From Macrostomum lignano (taxonomy: Eukaryota), in NCBI GenBank assembly GCA_002269645.1, contig NIVC01001552.1, positions 205,134 to 269,133 on the forward strand: a DNA stretch of 64,000 bases. Reading direction: 5' to 3'. A program made the translations under genes and the position numbers. The notes beneath the pieces are model-generated. The model made no database searches, was not told the DNA's origin, and worked only from the letters and a program-made list of their open reading frames with translations. Shown one piece after another: positions 22,101 through 34,470 of this stretch (the first letter of the stretch is position 1; every line of letters starts with the position of its first letter).

Positions 22101-25100
22101 TCTGCTCCCTGACTCTCCCCAGTTGCATTCTCACCCGGTTCCCTGGTTTAAAGCGTTTCGTAGGGCCGCCGCCGCCGCCTTTTCCACCGGCCGGCCTCGG
22201 CGACTTCAACAACCAGCCGGACATGCAGATTCTTTGGTTAGCGGATTTTTGCAAATTGGCCAGCAGTTGTAGTTGAGCGGGCTGACTGCCGCCATCTGCT
22301 GATCTCAAGTGCTGACTTTCTGAAGTTCTGTCCTTGACGCTGTCAGGTTGCAATAAAGTTGCAGTTCGGTTGTAAGTTATAAAAGCCAGGAGGTCAGGGG
22401 CGCCGCTATGGAAAGTTATGGGGAGGGGACATGCCAATGCGTTGTCCCCCACCTCACCTTGTGACCCGTTGTGGAAATCAATCAGTTTGTTTTAGGCGCC
22501 AAAATATAGCGCATTCGGCGCCAAAATGATTGTATGCGGTGCCAAAATGAGTGTCTGCGGTGCCAAAATGAAGGCGCCAAAATGAGTGGTGCCTGCGGCG
22601 CTAAAATGAGTGTCTGCGGTGCCAAAGTAAAGGCGCCAAAATGAGTGGTGCCTGCGGTGCCAAAATGAGTGTCTGCGGTGCCAAAATGTAGGCGCCAAAA
22701 TGAGTGGTGCCTGCGGCGCTAAAATGAGTGTCTGCGGTGCCAAAGTGAAGGCGCCAAAATGAGTGTCTGCGGTGCCAAAGTAAAGGCGCCAAAATGAGTG
22801 GTGCCTGCGGCGCTAAAATGAGTGTCTGCGGTGCCAAAATGAAGGCGCCAAAATGAGTGTCTGCGGTGCCAAAATGAAGGCGCCAAAATGAGTGTCTGCG
22901 GTGCCAAAATGAAGGCGCCAAAATGAGTGTCTGCGGTGCCAAAATGAGTGTCTGCGGTGCCAAAGTGAAGGCGCCAAAATGAGTGTCTGCGGTGCCAAAG
23001 TGAAGGCGCCAAAATGAGTGGTGCCTGCGGTGCCAAAATGAGTGTCTGCGGTGCCAAAATGAAGGCGCCAAAATGAGTGTCTGCGGTGCCAAAATGAAGG
23101 CGCCAAAATGAGTGGTGCCTGCGGTGCCAAAATGAGTGCCTGCGGTGCCAAAATGAGTGTCTGCGGTGCCAAAATTTAGGCGCCAAAATGAGTGGTGCCT
23201 GCGGCGCTAAAATGAGTGTCTGCGGTGCCAAAGTGAAGGCGCCAAAATGAGTGTCTGCGGTGCCAAAGTGAAGGCGCCAAAACCAAAATGAGTGTCTGCA
23301 GTGCCAAAATGAAGGCGCCAAAATGAGTGGTGCCTGCGGTGCCAAAATGAGTGCCTGCGGTGCCAAAATGAGTGTCTGCGGTGCCAAAATTTAGGCGCCA
23401 AAATGAGTGGTGCCTGCGGCGCTAAAATGAGTGTCTGCGGTGCCAAAGTGAAGGCGCCAAAATGAGTGTCTGCGGTGCCAAAGTGAAGGCGCCAAAACCA
23501 AAATGAGTGTCTGCAGTGCCAAAATGAACGCGCCAAAATGAGTGGTGCCTGCGGCGCTAAAATGAGTGTCTGCGGTGCCAAAGTAAAGGCGCCAAAATGA
23601 GTGGTGCCTGCGGCGCTAAAATGAGTGTCTGCGGTGCCAAAGTGAAGGCGCCAAAATGAGTGTCTACGGTGCCAAAATGAAGGCGCCAAAATGAGTGGTG
23701 CCTGCGGCGCTAAAATGAGTGTCTGCGGTGCCAAAGTAAAGGCGCCAAAATGAGTGGTGCCTGCGGTGCCAAAATGAGTGTCTGCGGTGCCAAAATGAAG
23801 GCGCCAAAATGAGTGGTGCCTGCGGCGCTGAAATGAGTGTCTGCGGTGCCAAAGTGAAGGCGCCAAAATGAGTGTCTGCGGTGCCAAAATGAAGGCGCCA
23901 AAATGAATGGTGCCTGCGGCGCTAAAATGAGTGTCTGCGGTGCCAAAATGAAGGCGCCAAAATGAGTGTCTGCGGTGCCAAAATGAAGGCGCCAAAATGA
24001 GTGGTGCCTGCGGCGCTAAAATGAGTGTCTGCGGTGCCAAAGTGAAGGCGCCAAAATGAGTGTCTGCGGTGCCAAAATGAAGGCGCTAAAATGAGTGCCT
24101 GCGGCGCCAAAATGAGTTTCTACGGTGCCAAAATGAGTGTCTGCGGTACCAAAATGAGTGTCTGCGGTGCCAAAATGAGTGTCTGCGGTGCCAAGATGAG
24201 TGTCTGCGGCGCCAAAATGAGTGTCTGCGGCGCCAAAATGAGTGTCTGCGGCGCCAAAATGAGTGTCTGCGGTGCCAAGATGAGTGTCTGCGGCGCCAAA
24301 ATGAGTGTCTGCGGTGCCAAAATGAAGGCGCTAAAATGAGTGTCTGCGGCGCCAAAATGAGTGTCTGCGGCGCCAAAATGAGTTTCTACGGTGCCAAAAT
24401 GAGTGTCTGCGGCGCCAAAATGAGTGTCTACGGTGCTAAAATGAGTGTCTGCGGTGCCAAAATGAAGACGCTAAAATGAGTGTCTGCGGCGCCAAAATGA
24501 GTGTCTGCGGCGCCAAAATGAGTTTCTACGGTGCCAAAATGAGTGTCTGCGGCGCCAAAATGAGTGTCTGCGGTGCCAAGATGAGTGTCTGCGGCGCCAA
24601 AATGAGTGTCTGCGGCGCCAAAATGAGTGTCTGCGGCGCCAAAATGAGTGTCTGCGGTGCCAAGATGAGTGTCTGCGGCGCCAAAATGAGTGTCTGCGGC
24701 GCCAAAATGAGTGTCTGCGGCGCCAAAATGAGTGTCTACGGTGCTAAAATGAGTGTCTGCGGTGCCAAAATGAAGGCGCTAAAATGAGTGTCTGCGGTGC
24801 CAAAATGAGTGTCTGCGGCGCCAAAATGAGTTTCTACGGTGCCAAAATGAGTGTCTGCGGCGCCAAAATGAGTGTCTGCGGCGCCAAAATGAGTGTCTGC
24901 GGCGCCAAAATGAGTGTCTACAGTGCTAAAATGAGTGTCTGCGGTGCCAAAATGAAGGCGCTAAAATGAGTGTCTGCGGCGCCAAAATGAGTGTCTGCGG
25001 CGCCAAAATGAGTGTCTGCGGCGCCAAAATGAGCGTCTGCGGTGCCAAAATGAAGGCGCCAAAATGAGAGGTGCCTGCGGCGCTAAAATGAGTGTCTGCG

Positions 25101-26087
25101 GTGCCAAAGTGAAGGCGCCAAAATGAGTGTCTGCGGTGCCAAAATGAAGGCGCTAAAATGAGTGCCTGCGGCGCCAAAATGAGTTTCTACGGTGCCAAAA
25201 TGAGTGTCTGCGGTGCCAAAATGAGTGTCTGCGGCGCCAAAATGAGTGTCTGCGGCGCCAAAATGAGTGTCTGCGGTGCCAAGATGAGTGTCTGCGGCGC
25301 CAAAATGAGTGTCTGCGGCGCCAAAATGAGTGTCTACGGTGCCAAAATGAGTGTCTGCGGCGCCAAAATGAGTGTCTGCGGCGCCAAAATGAGTGTCTGC
25401 GGCGCCAAAATGAGTGTCTGCGGCGCCAAAATGAGTTTCTACGGTGCTAAAATGAGTGTCTGCGGTGCCAAAATGAGTGTCTGCGGTGCCAAGATGAGTG
25501 TCTGCGGCGCCAAAATGAGTGTCTGCGGTGCCAAGATGAGTGTCTGCGGCGTCAAAAGGAGTGTCTGCGGTGCCAAAATGAGTGTCTGCGGCGCCAAAAT
25601 GAGTGTCTGCGGTGCCAAAATGAGTGTCTGCGGTGCCAAAATGAGTGTCTGCGGTGCCAAGATGAGTGTCTGCGGCGCCAAGATGAGTGTCTGCGGCGCC
25701 AAAATGAGTGTCTGCGGCGCCAAAATGAGTTTCTACGGTGCCAAAATGAGTGTCTGCGGTGCCAAAATGAGTGTCTGCGGTGCCAAAATGAGTGTCTGCG
25801 GTGCCAAAATGAGTGTCTGCGGCGCCTAGATGAAAACCTGAGGCGCCAAACGCGGAATCGAGTATTGCCACAGACAAATTCGGTCGATAAAAAATCGTGC
25901 TATAAAATACTCCAGATTTGTTGGTAGCGTCGTTCTACATGTATTTTAGCGTAAAACAAAGCTTAAAACAAACTGGCTCGTATATAGCTACGTGTTCCAA
26001 AATTTAAGTGACCCTGAATGAGCGCATATACAGAAAAAGGATCAATTACCTCCAACGATTTGTAGTGCAGCAAAACAATTTATCCAT
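16150..26087 (-). CDS. Gab/DOS/SOC-1-like PH-domain docking protein, ~364 aa. Exons 26087-26050, 22339-22135, 20201-19653, 16452-16150
   Basis: ICMSGWLLKSP...R|LWHRRYFVL...YYY..RGQI...FYLLADSLADMQRWAEEL matches the Gab-type PH domain. C-terminal YATL and LYPEIDWLRTRAL resemble the Gab SHP2-binding tail. All junctions are GT-AG with consistent phases (2,0,0). Additional small exons cannot be excluded. Confidence 0.8.
16480..17750. repeat. 32-34-bp minisatellite (GAGAACAGCAGACAGCCACTTTGATAAGACACTG and variants)
   Basis: Direct reading. Confidence 0.96.
18247..19530. repeat. 49-bp tandem repeat (~26 units)
   Basis: Unit AAAATCCCAAAACTCTAAGAATCTGATATCCTATGATTTTGAAGCATGT, with no unique spacers. 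Confidence 0.97.
20460..20930. repeat. 21/18-bp minisatellite (CAGATCCCACACTCCCAATCT)
   Basis: Direct reading. Confidence 0.95.
22495..25826. repeat. 3.3-kb GGCGCCAAAATGAGTGTCTGC satellite: composite units on the left, pure 21-mer on the right
   Basis: Direct reading; lies in Gab-like intron 1. Confidence 0.97.
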
Positions 26088-26829
26088 AGTTATTGACAGT
26101 ATTCGTTTTCCTTCAGCTTCCTGCAGCTTCTTTTAAAATCTAGTTTGTTTGTTCCAGGGTTGACAGCACAGTTTTTTATCCAACAATTTAACCTGTAACT
26201 ATAACAGTACAGTCAGGAGCACCTTATATTTGTAGCCGGGTTGACAGCGGAGCTTTGAACTTCTGTTTACAACCGTCTGTGCATGGTGTTCGTGAGCACT
26301 GCTGGACACGGGGAGAGAAGGAGAGAGAGAACCAGTGAGCAGCTTATAAAGCTAGCATATGTGCTTGTGCAGAGTGTAGGCCATTTACCATATGTATTAT
26401 ATTGCGATGTGTAACCAAAGCGTACAGTCATTATTGGTCAATGCCAGGACTAGCTGTGGAACAGACCCTCAACCGTACCCCGCGGCTCCTCTTATTGGTC
26501 GATAAGATAGTTTTAACTTTACTCTATACCATACCATCCTTCCATCACATCTCACTTAGTTGGTGATTAAAAATAGCGCTACTGTACTGTTGAAGGGTGT
26601 ACGCAAAGACCCCGCGGCTGGGAACAACACTAAACTGTTACACACGCATCACCACTTCATACCTGTCTAGTGTCTACATGTATCCCTATACCCTGTCCTA
26701 ATTCAACGCTAATAGGATCGCAGTGCATGATGATGAGATGATGTGGTGATGTGATAATAAAACGTTATATACAAACAGTTGATAAATTAAAGTAGATAAA
26801 GCCATTTAAAATGTATCTGCTGCACAGTA

Positions 26830-27080
26830 GATGACAGTCAGGAAATGAATGAAGATGACAGTCAAGGAATGAAGATGACAGTCAAGGAATGAAGATGACA
26901 GTCAAGGATGAAGATGAACAGTCAGGGAATGAAGATGACAGTCAGGGACTGAAGAGGCCGAATGAATGAAGATAACAGCCAGGGAATGAATGAAGATGAC
27001 AGTCAAGGAATGAAGATGACAGTCAGGGAATGAAGATGACAGTCAGGGAATGAAGAGGCCGAATGAGAAGATGACAATGA
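26830..27080. repeat. ~20-bp minisatellite (GAATGAAGATGACAGTCAAG)
   Basis: Direct reading. Confidence 0.9.
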
Positions 27081-28204
27081 CATGTACATAACAGATGACC
27101 GCGCCAAGGTATAATGTTTCTATACACTGTACTGTTAGCATTTAAGGAGAAATCACACATGAAATAGTTTCCTAGGTTTGTGTATATCAAGATTTTGCGA
27201 TGCAGCAGCTTATCAAATTTACATGCAATAAACTTAAGCTCGATTTGGCCTGATGTAAATTAATTTTCGCATTGGTTTCTGGTGTTATCACTATCTCAGC
27301 ATGCATAAAAAGCCATTGTTTGTTATAAGCACCGCGGAGCTGCACATTGGAGAACGTCGGAACATTGCATGCAGAGAGGACCGAGTCGATCGAATACCTC
27401 TAAAATTATACATGTATATGTATGAAGATACACTGTATACAGCTGTATACAATAATCAGCCAGAAGTCAGTTTAGCAACCAAACAACTGTAAGCGTCAAC
27501 CGCCCTGCCAGACTGCTCAGTTACCACAACACCTTACACCTAAGGCAAAACAAAACGAATTTGTTTAAGTCGCGTACGCTCGCGTCCAAATTCAGCGGCA
27601 AATTCAACATCGTTCAGCAGAGTCAGATCCTGTCTACTATCTGTGGTTATAATAGGCCTAGTTGATAAGAAAAGGGTTTACTGTTAAAAATGCAATCCCA
27701 ACAAATGAATAATATTCCTACTATATCATTAGATAACAATTAGATAACAATGTCACATTGGTAACATCTGTTTATAGGCCTAGGCCTATATAGGCCCTAA
27801 CTGTCTGTAGGCCTAATGCCTAATTTAGTTATTTATTTATTAACTATTTATAGGATAGGGAGAAGAAGCAAATTGTCCAAAAATAAATAAAAAGCAATTT
27901 TCAAGCCATCGCCTATTAGCCATATCAATTGTTAGGGCCGGGTGCCACTGAATTCTTTAACAGCTAGGCCTAGGCCTAATTTGTCAACTCTGTTGACAAA
28001 TTCAGTTACCTAACAACACACTAGGCCTATTGACTAGATAGTATATTTTTACTATTTGCTAAAAATTAAAAGACAAAAGCCTACTGAAAAGAGATATATT
28101 ATATAAGATAACAAAGACAAATGGTTTTTATTTGATATATGATTTTTACAACCTGTTAAAAGCTATGGATTTTAAACCCATTTAATTGCAATAAATCCTG
28201 GAAC

Positions 28205-28900
28205 TATTGGCATTCCTTCGGTTTACAATCACCTCAAACAGTGACAATCATCTTAAACAGTGACAATCACCATAAAAAACAGTTGTAAGACATAAAATGA
28301 TAAAATCCATAGTTTCTAATGAAACAAAATCAAATGTTGGCAAACTGACTTTGTTTATTTCAAAAGATGGTAAGATTGTTGTAGCACCTTATATTTCACC
28401 TTTGGTTTACAATCACCCAAATGTATATTGCCCATTGAAATGATTGTGAACCAAAGCTAGCTATAAAAAAGTATACTAAAGCCAAGGGTTGACATGCTTT
28501 CTTATAGCTAGCTTTGGTTCACAATCATTTCAATAAAGTGCATGTGTGCAAGTGATTGTAAACCAAAAATGAGAGGGGGGTATGGCACTAAAGATTAATT
28601 ATACTAAGCTAGGGTTGACATGCTTTCCTATAGCTAGCTTTGGATGATTGTAAACCAAAGGTGATAGGCCTATATATAAGCTACTAGTGATTAGTGAACA
28701 AATGTACAATCTTTTCAATTTCAAATAAACAAAGTTAGTTGATCAGCCAACTTTTGCTTTTTTTCATTTGAAACTACTGTCGGTTTTTATGTCTTAATTT
28801 TGAACACACCATTTTTGCATTCAGTAAGCAAAATATAAGGTGATCGTAAACTGAAACTGGCAAAATAGATAGTGATTCTAAACTAAAGGATTGCCAAACC
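28205..28900. mobile_element. Degenerate foldback-type element with nested inverted copies of GGTTTACAATCA
   Basis: About 8 motif copies in both orientations; arms such as CACCTTTGGTTTACAATCA / TGATTGTAAACCAAAGGTG. No TSD identified. Confidence 0.6.
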
Positions 28901-31489
28901 ATTTTTGCACAGATTTTAAAATCTGAACTCATACTCAAATAAAATGTTTGTTACTGGTTAAGGAGATAAACAAACTTGGATCTTTGTAACAAAATTTACA
29001 ATTCTTGCATTAAGGAATAAACTTACTTTATAGTAAATCTATCTTGTTGTTGACAAATTCGCTTATCTTGTTTTATATCTGTTGATGAATTCTTTCAATT
29101 TCTTAAATTTTAGGTCTGCTAATGAATTAGATATTGATAAATTTAGTGTAGCCTATTAGGGCCTAGGCCCTTAAAGGACTAGGCCTAGAAAACCTTGATA
29201 TTGGTATTGGTATTGGTATTAGTATTGGTATTTGTATATAATAAAAGTAATTCAATATCTTACTACTTAGGCACTGTCTGCTTAGGACACTAACTTTAGG
29301 CCCATATTCTATGTATTGCTTAAAAGTAAAAATAGATCTAGTATAGACCTAGGTCAAATGACTTTAATAGACTAGGCCTAGACTATTGTTAAAAAGTCAA
29401 AGACTAGTAGATTTATTTTATCTAGTTAAATAGATGCCAAGTTCTTTTGGCTTTGTACTAAGCTAAGGCCTATTATATTATTATCAATTGCTTCAAAATT
29501 TGGCCTTCAAGTAGTTTGTGGTTAACTTTATTTGCAAAATTAATAGATAATTAGGTATTTTATCTACTTTATAACTTATTGCTTAGACTTATATTAATAG
29601 TAATTAAAATAGTTAGCCTAAACAACAATTACTAATTGTTTTCATATACCAGCAATTAATGTTCCAAATGATATGTCTTGAGAAAAGATAGTGTTATGGA
29701 TTTATATTTAGTATTGTCAATAATAGTCAAAGACAAAGGTTTTACCCTTTAAGCAAAATAAAATTTTATCATTTTTTGTGACAACTTTTCACTTAAAATT
29801 AACCTTCAAGTTATACAACTAAGCCACTATAAGAAAAGTAAATTTGATTGAATCAATAATAAATATTAGTTGCATAAAATCATTATAGTACATTTTTTGT
29901 GTTTTGGTATAGTTTTCTGATAGACATTTAGATAGAAATTTAAAAACCATTTAGTCAATGCTTAACAAAACTATTTATTAAGTATGAAAAAAATATAAAT
30001 TTGTATACTTTTTTGCATGTCTCTACTATAATAGACATCTTAATACCAACAAAGATAATGATATAAAAAGAATAAAAAGGATGTTTTATAAGCTAAGATA
30101 CTCCTTAGCAATGGTTGTTAAGATATTTCTAACCAAACCAAGTATTATTATTATTAATATTATTACTATTTGAGAACAAATATAAAAGAACAAACAATGC
30201 CTAGCAACATTGAAATATGACAAAAAAGCAGCACAAATCATATATAGTCATATGTATGCTTATATATAGATGATATCCCATTATAGCATACATTTTTATT
30301 TTGTGATTTTATTGTTTTGGCCAAAAACTTTAGAATGAATACAAGAAGTCAGCCATTAGAGATAGGCTTCTATTGCAGGTAGAAGTGATGTGGCCACTGC
30401 TCTTAGGCCAAGTGCAAAAAAGATACGGGTGTCTCTGACAGTATTAGGCAAGTTACTTTTTTAAGTAAATACTGTAAATTAAGTTACTACTTTAAAAAGT
30501 GAGTTTGGGAAATTCCATATAATTATGGTCATAACATGACAGACTTTTTTTACTTATAAAATGAAATCTAATAATAGAATATACTAAACCAATATTTTGA
30601 ATACAAGATTATTTTGTCAAGAAAATGTTTATATAGTTTATATAGATATCATCATTGGTATAGATGCTATTAAACCTTGAATGGCACTTATGGTTGTAAC
30701 AACAGGATTTTTGACATATAGACACTAAAAGGTAAAATTATTGTAACACTTTTATTTTTGATATTTTGCAATACATTTTTAAAATTTGACTAAGAACATC
30801 TTCAGAAATCATACTCTATTATTAGAATATATAAACTCAAAAGGCAACAAAGATACAAAAGAAAGGCAGCCTTATGGTCGTAACATTATGATCATAACAT
30901 ATTTTTTTCTGTCAATTCAGTAACTTTGAGGTACCAATATACAAAAAATATAATTTTTAATTGCTTAGAAAAAATATATATTTGCTTAGAAAAATGTCCA
31001 AATTTTCACAAAAATGACTTTTTGCCAATTGATAACACACTAATCCAACATTTTACCATTCATTTATTCTTAGATTGTATATATTATACATAAAAGAACA
31101 TTTGGCAAAAAAATTGGCTTATAAGTCAATGGCAAGCAAAAATATTGACTTTTTTCTATTTTCCAAATATGTCTATCTTATCTAGAATGAGCCATTTACA
31201 TTAGCCTAGTAACTTTATACAAAAACCCAGTAACTTAAGTTATTGTCCATGACTCACTTTAATTACCTATATTATTAACAAAATTTTCATTGCCACTGTC
31301 CTCGAAATTAATAACAATAACAATTGATTCACTATTACCACATCTACCACAACCAGTGGCAGATGCAGACTCTTAACTTATCATTGACATTGTTGTTACC
31401 AAAGTTTGCCATTAGAATTTAGGATTAACCAATTACTGGACAGAGTTAGGAAATGGCAACACGACGTGTGGCAAGTAGACAGACCAATG

Positions 31490-31787
31490 GGCAATGCACA
31501 ACCTCCAAAATTTGGTCAGCCATGCAACTTAGTTTTAACAAAAAATGCGACATAGTTTTTGGTCAAAAATGCAACTTACATGTAAAAGAAACCATAAGAC
31601 AAAAATTAATGCAACCTTGGGTAAATGGCAGGAGTAACTATGACTGTCTTATTAAGGCAAATGCCTCATTATCTACTTAGTACCACGTAGGTATTTATTT
31701 GGGTGGGCATTTTTGTGACTTACCTTGGTTGGCCACCAAATCAGTTTGCCGGATTGGCTGACTTGGCCAACTATTGTGCATGTATAG
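31490..31787 (-). mobile_element. Decayed, CpG-depleted copy of the 3490-3787 MITE in reverse orientation
   Basis: Aligns end to end with the reverse complement of 3490-3787. Confidence 0.88.
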
Positions 31788-34470
31788 CAATAGGCAATGG
31801 CAATCAATAATTAAAAATTAAAAATAATAAAATGAACAAAAAACAATAATTCAATATAAAGTAAAATAAATAGAACTGTATAAAATGGTATAGTGCAGTG
31901 CAATGCAGTGCCAGTAGACTTGTGGAGGCTACAGAGAATTTCTTTCTTTGGTTGTTTGTTTGTACAAAATATATATAAAGTATATTTTTTATTAACTTGA
32001 AAACAAAAAGCAAAAATATTTTACTGAAATTAACAATTTTAAAACAAGTTTCAAGTATTTCTTTATTAATTAGAGCAGAATACCATACAATACTATTCAC
32101 TTAATTTTGAATTTAGGAATGACAAGGCTAAAAATATGACAATTGGCATAATAGCTATATCAGTTTTGAATTTAAACATTGCAATTGTTACAAGGTAACT
32201 ATATTGGACTTAACCAGACTTCCAAAATTTGAGTAACTCCATTACTCCATCACCAAAATAGGAAAATAACTTGTGTAAAGAACACTTTACAAAAAAGTAA
32301 CTTGCATTACCATTTGCAAGTTACTTGATAATAGAAGTGCCCAACACTGGTCTCTAGTAAGTTAGGTGATTGCAGAATTTGATGGGCACAGGTAGTACAG
32401 TAAATTCACTACAGTGACATAACATAAGCATCTATGCCTTCTAGAAAAAACTTGCTAGTCCAAGCCAAAAATGCAACAAGTAAGCGTGAGCATCAACTAC
32501 TTGGCTGGCTTGCGCATTAGGTTCTAGTGAGTCAATGTGTCCTGCCGTGGCCAAACCCTATCCATTCCAACCCTTCTTTCACTTCACTAGGAAAACTGAC
32601 CCTGGCAAGTGCTGAAGAGCTGAGCATAAGCCAAGGTGTTTGACATTGCACCTCTCCAAACTTGTTATATAGTGCCCTATGAAATGGGTCATTTAGGACA
32701 AGTGCACAAATACTATTCTTTGGAATCCCTCTATATTTCCAATGCTGACTTTGTTGGGGCACATCACCAAGGAGCGCTTCTAAAATGCTGACTTTATTTG
32801 CTTTTGGGATACAGTCTGTTCCATGTCTAGTAGGTTATAAAGATCTGACACTGCAATGGCCAGCCAATTTGGTATAGGAACTCTAGAGTAACTTTGTCAC
32901 TAACTAATGTGTATAGTAACCAAGGTTCAAATCCTGGTCACAGCACCAGTGTCATGCTAATGGCCAGATTGCAACTCTAGTTATCTCAGTAGATAAGCTG
33001 AAGATGGTGTCAGTCAATTGGCCAGACTGACTGCAGACTCTAAGTGAAGGATTGCATCAGGAGACTTGATCAGCCCATCTCGACAGCACAAATTAAACCC
33101 AGCCAGTCCCTCAAATGATAAAGACATGCAACTCACTCTCTTATCTTCTTGCAACAGTGATGGCAGTAGCAAAGGGGTGGCTTCTCTCAACTTCTGGCAA
33201 TAATTCTAGGCAAAGGCTGGCTTCTGATAAGTTCGATTTTGGTTATAACAGAGCTTGTAGCTGCATATAGATTGATACAAAAAGAATAGCCTCCTCTACC
33301 ACCTGCATATATTTATATTTATGCTAGCTGGTTAAGCCCTGGGGTATCACTATCCCAGGCCCAGCAAGCCAAAGTTAAGAGTCTTAACTGTTAAAAAGCA
33401 TGCCGGGGTTGCAATTGGAAGAAAAAAGTACACATTAGACCGCTAGCAATTGCAGGCTTATAATTTGACTTAGCTGATTTCAGTAAAGTGAAGTAGGAGA
33501 AAACATATACTATATTTATTATAATAAGTAGAATACCAAAGTCAGAAGAAAATGAAAATAGATCTTAGAGAATATACCTCCATGTATACTTGCCATGATC
33601 CTCTAATCTTAAAACAACAAGACTAGAAGAGATTTACATGCAATATATATAATACTAGTAACAGTTACATACTTATTGCTTAGGCCTACTAAGAATGCTA
33701 CAATACAGAAAAAAGAATACTAACAATATAAATATAAAATAAGTATGCCACCAGCAAGTAAGAAGTAAGAAATATTGTGACAATATCCAGATATTTATTC
33801 AGACTTTTACTTAGATTGATTCTGAGATCAATATAAAGACTTATTACTTAGATCTATTCTAAGAGTTACAACTTGATGACAATATTTGTGGTATTAGAAG
33901 TGGAATTTCATAGGATAGGACAAAGAGCCCTATGATATATAAATAAGTCAAATTTTTGTTGTCTAAAAATAATGTTGTACTAGAAAAGTGCAATGCAAAT
34001 AATGCTTTCTTATGTTTCAATCATGTTTTCTATGATTTTTAAATTGACAAGTATTTTGAAAATGTTATCATTGGTATTATTATTATTGTTGCTTACTACT
34101 ATTGTTTGCAAATTATGGCACTAAAGCAATTATTGTATTTAAAATATTGTTGCTTTATTGTTGGCATGTATTAATTTTGTAAACAACTATTATCTATCCC
34201 ATGGTGTATGGCTCAAGTGTTTATAGCAGAAAAGAGGATAGCTTTGTTTGGCACACAAAGGACTGTCTACCACAAATTGACCTTTAGCCACAATAAATAT
34301 TGCTACTCATTTTAGCTTATCTATGCAAATTAGGCTGTAAAATGTTGGATATTGTAATAAAACTATAATAATAAGTATTTAAATTTAACTTTTCAAGACA
34401 CAAATAGTATTCTTTTGGTAAATTCATGATTAATTTTCTAACAAAAAACAAGTAATACTAGACTAACAAT

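Noticed and set aside
22492-25877. Many APQTLIL / MSVCGAK ORFs
   Set aside because: Artefacts of a 21-bp satellite
32924-32934. GGTTCAAATCC, a possible tRNA gene or second SINE family
   Set aside because: Only a B-box-like motif; no cloverleaf or second copy found by eye
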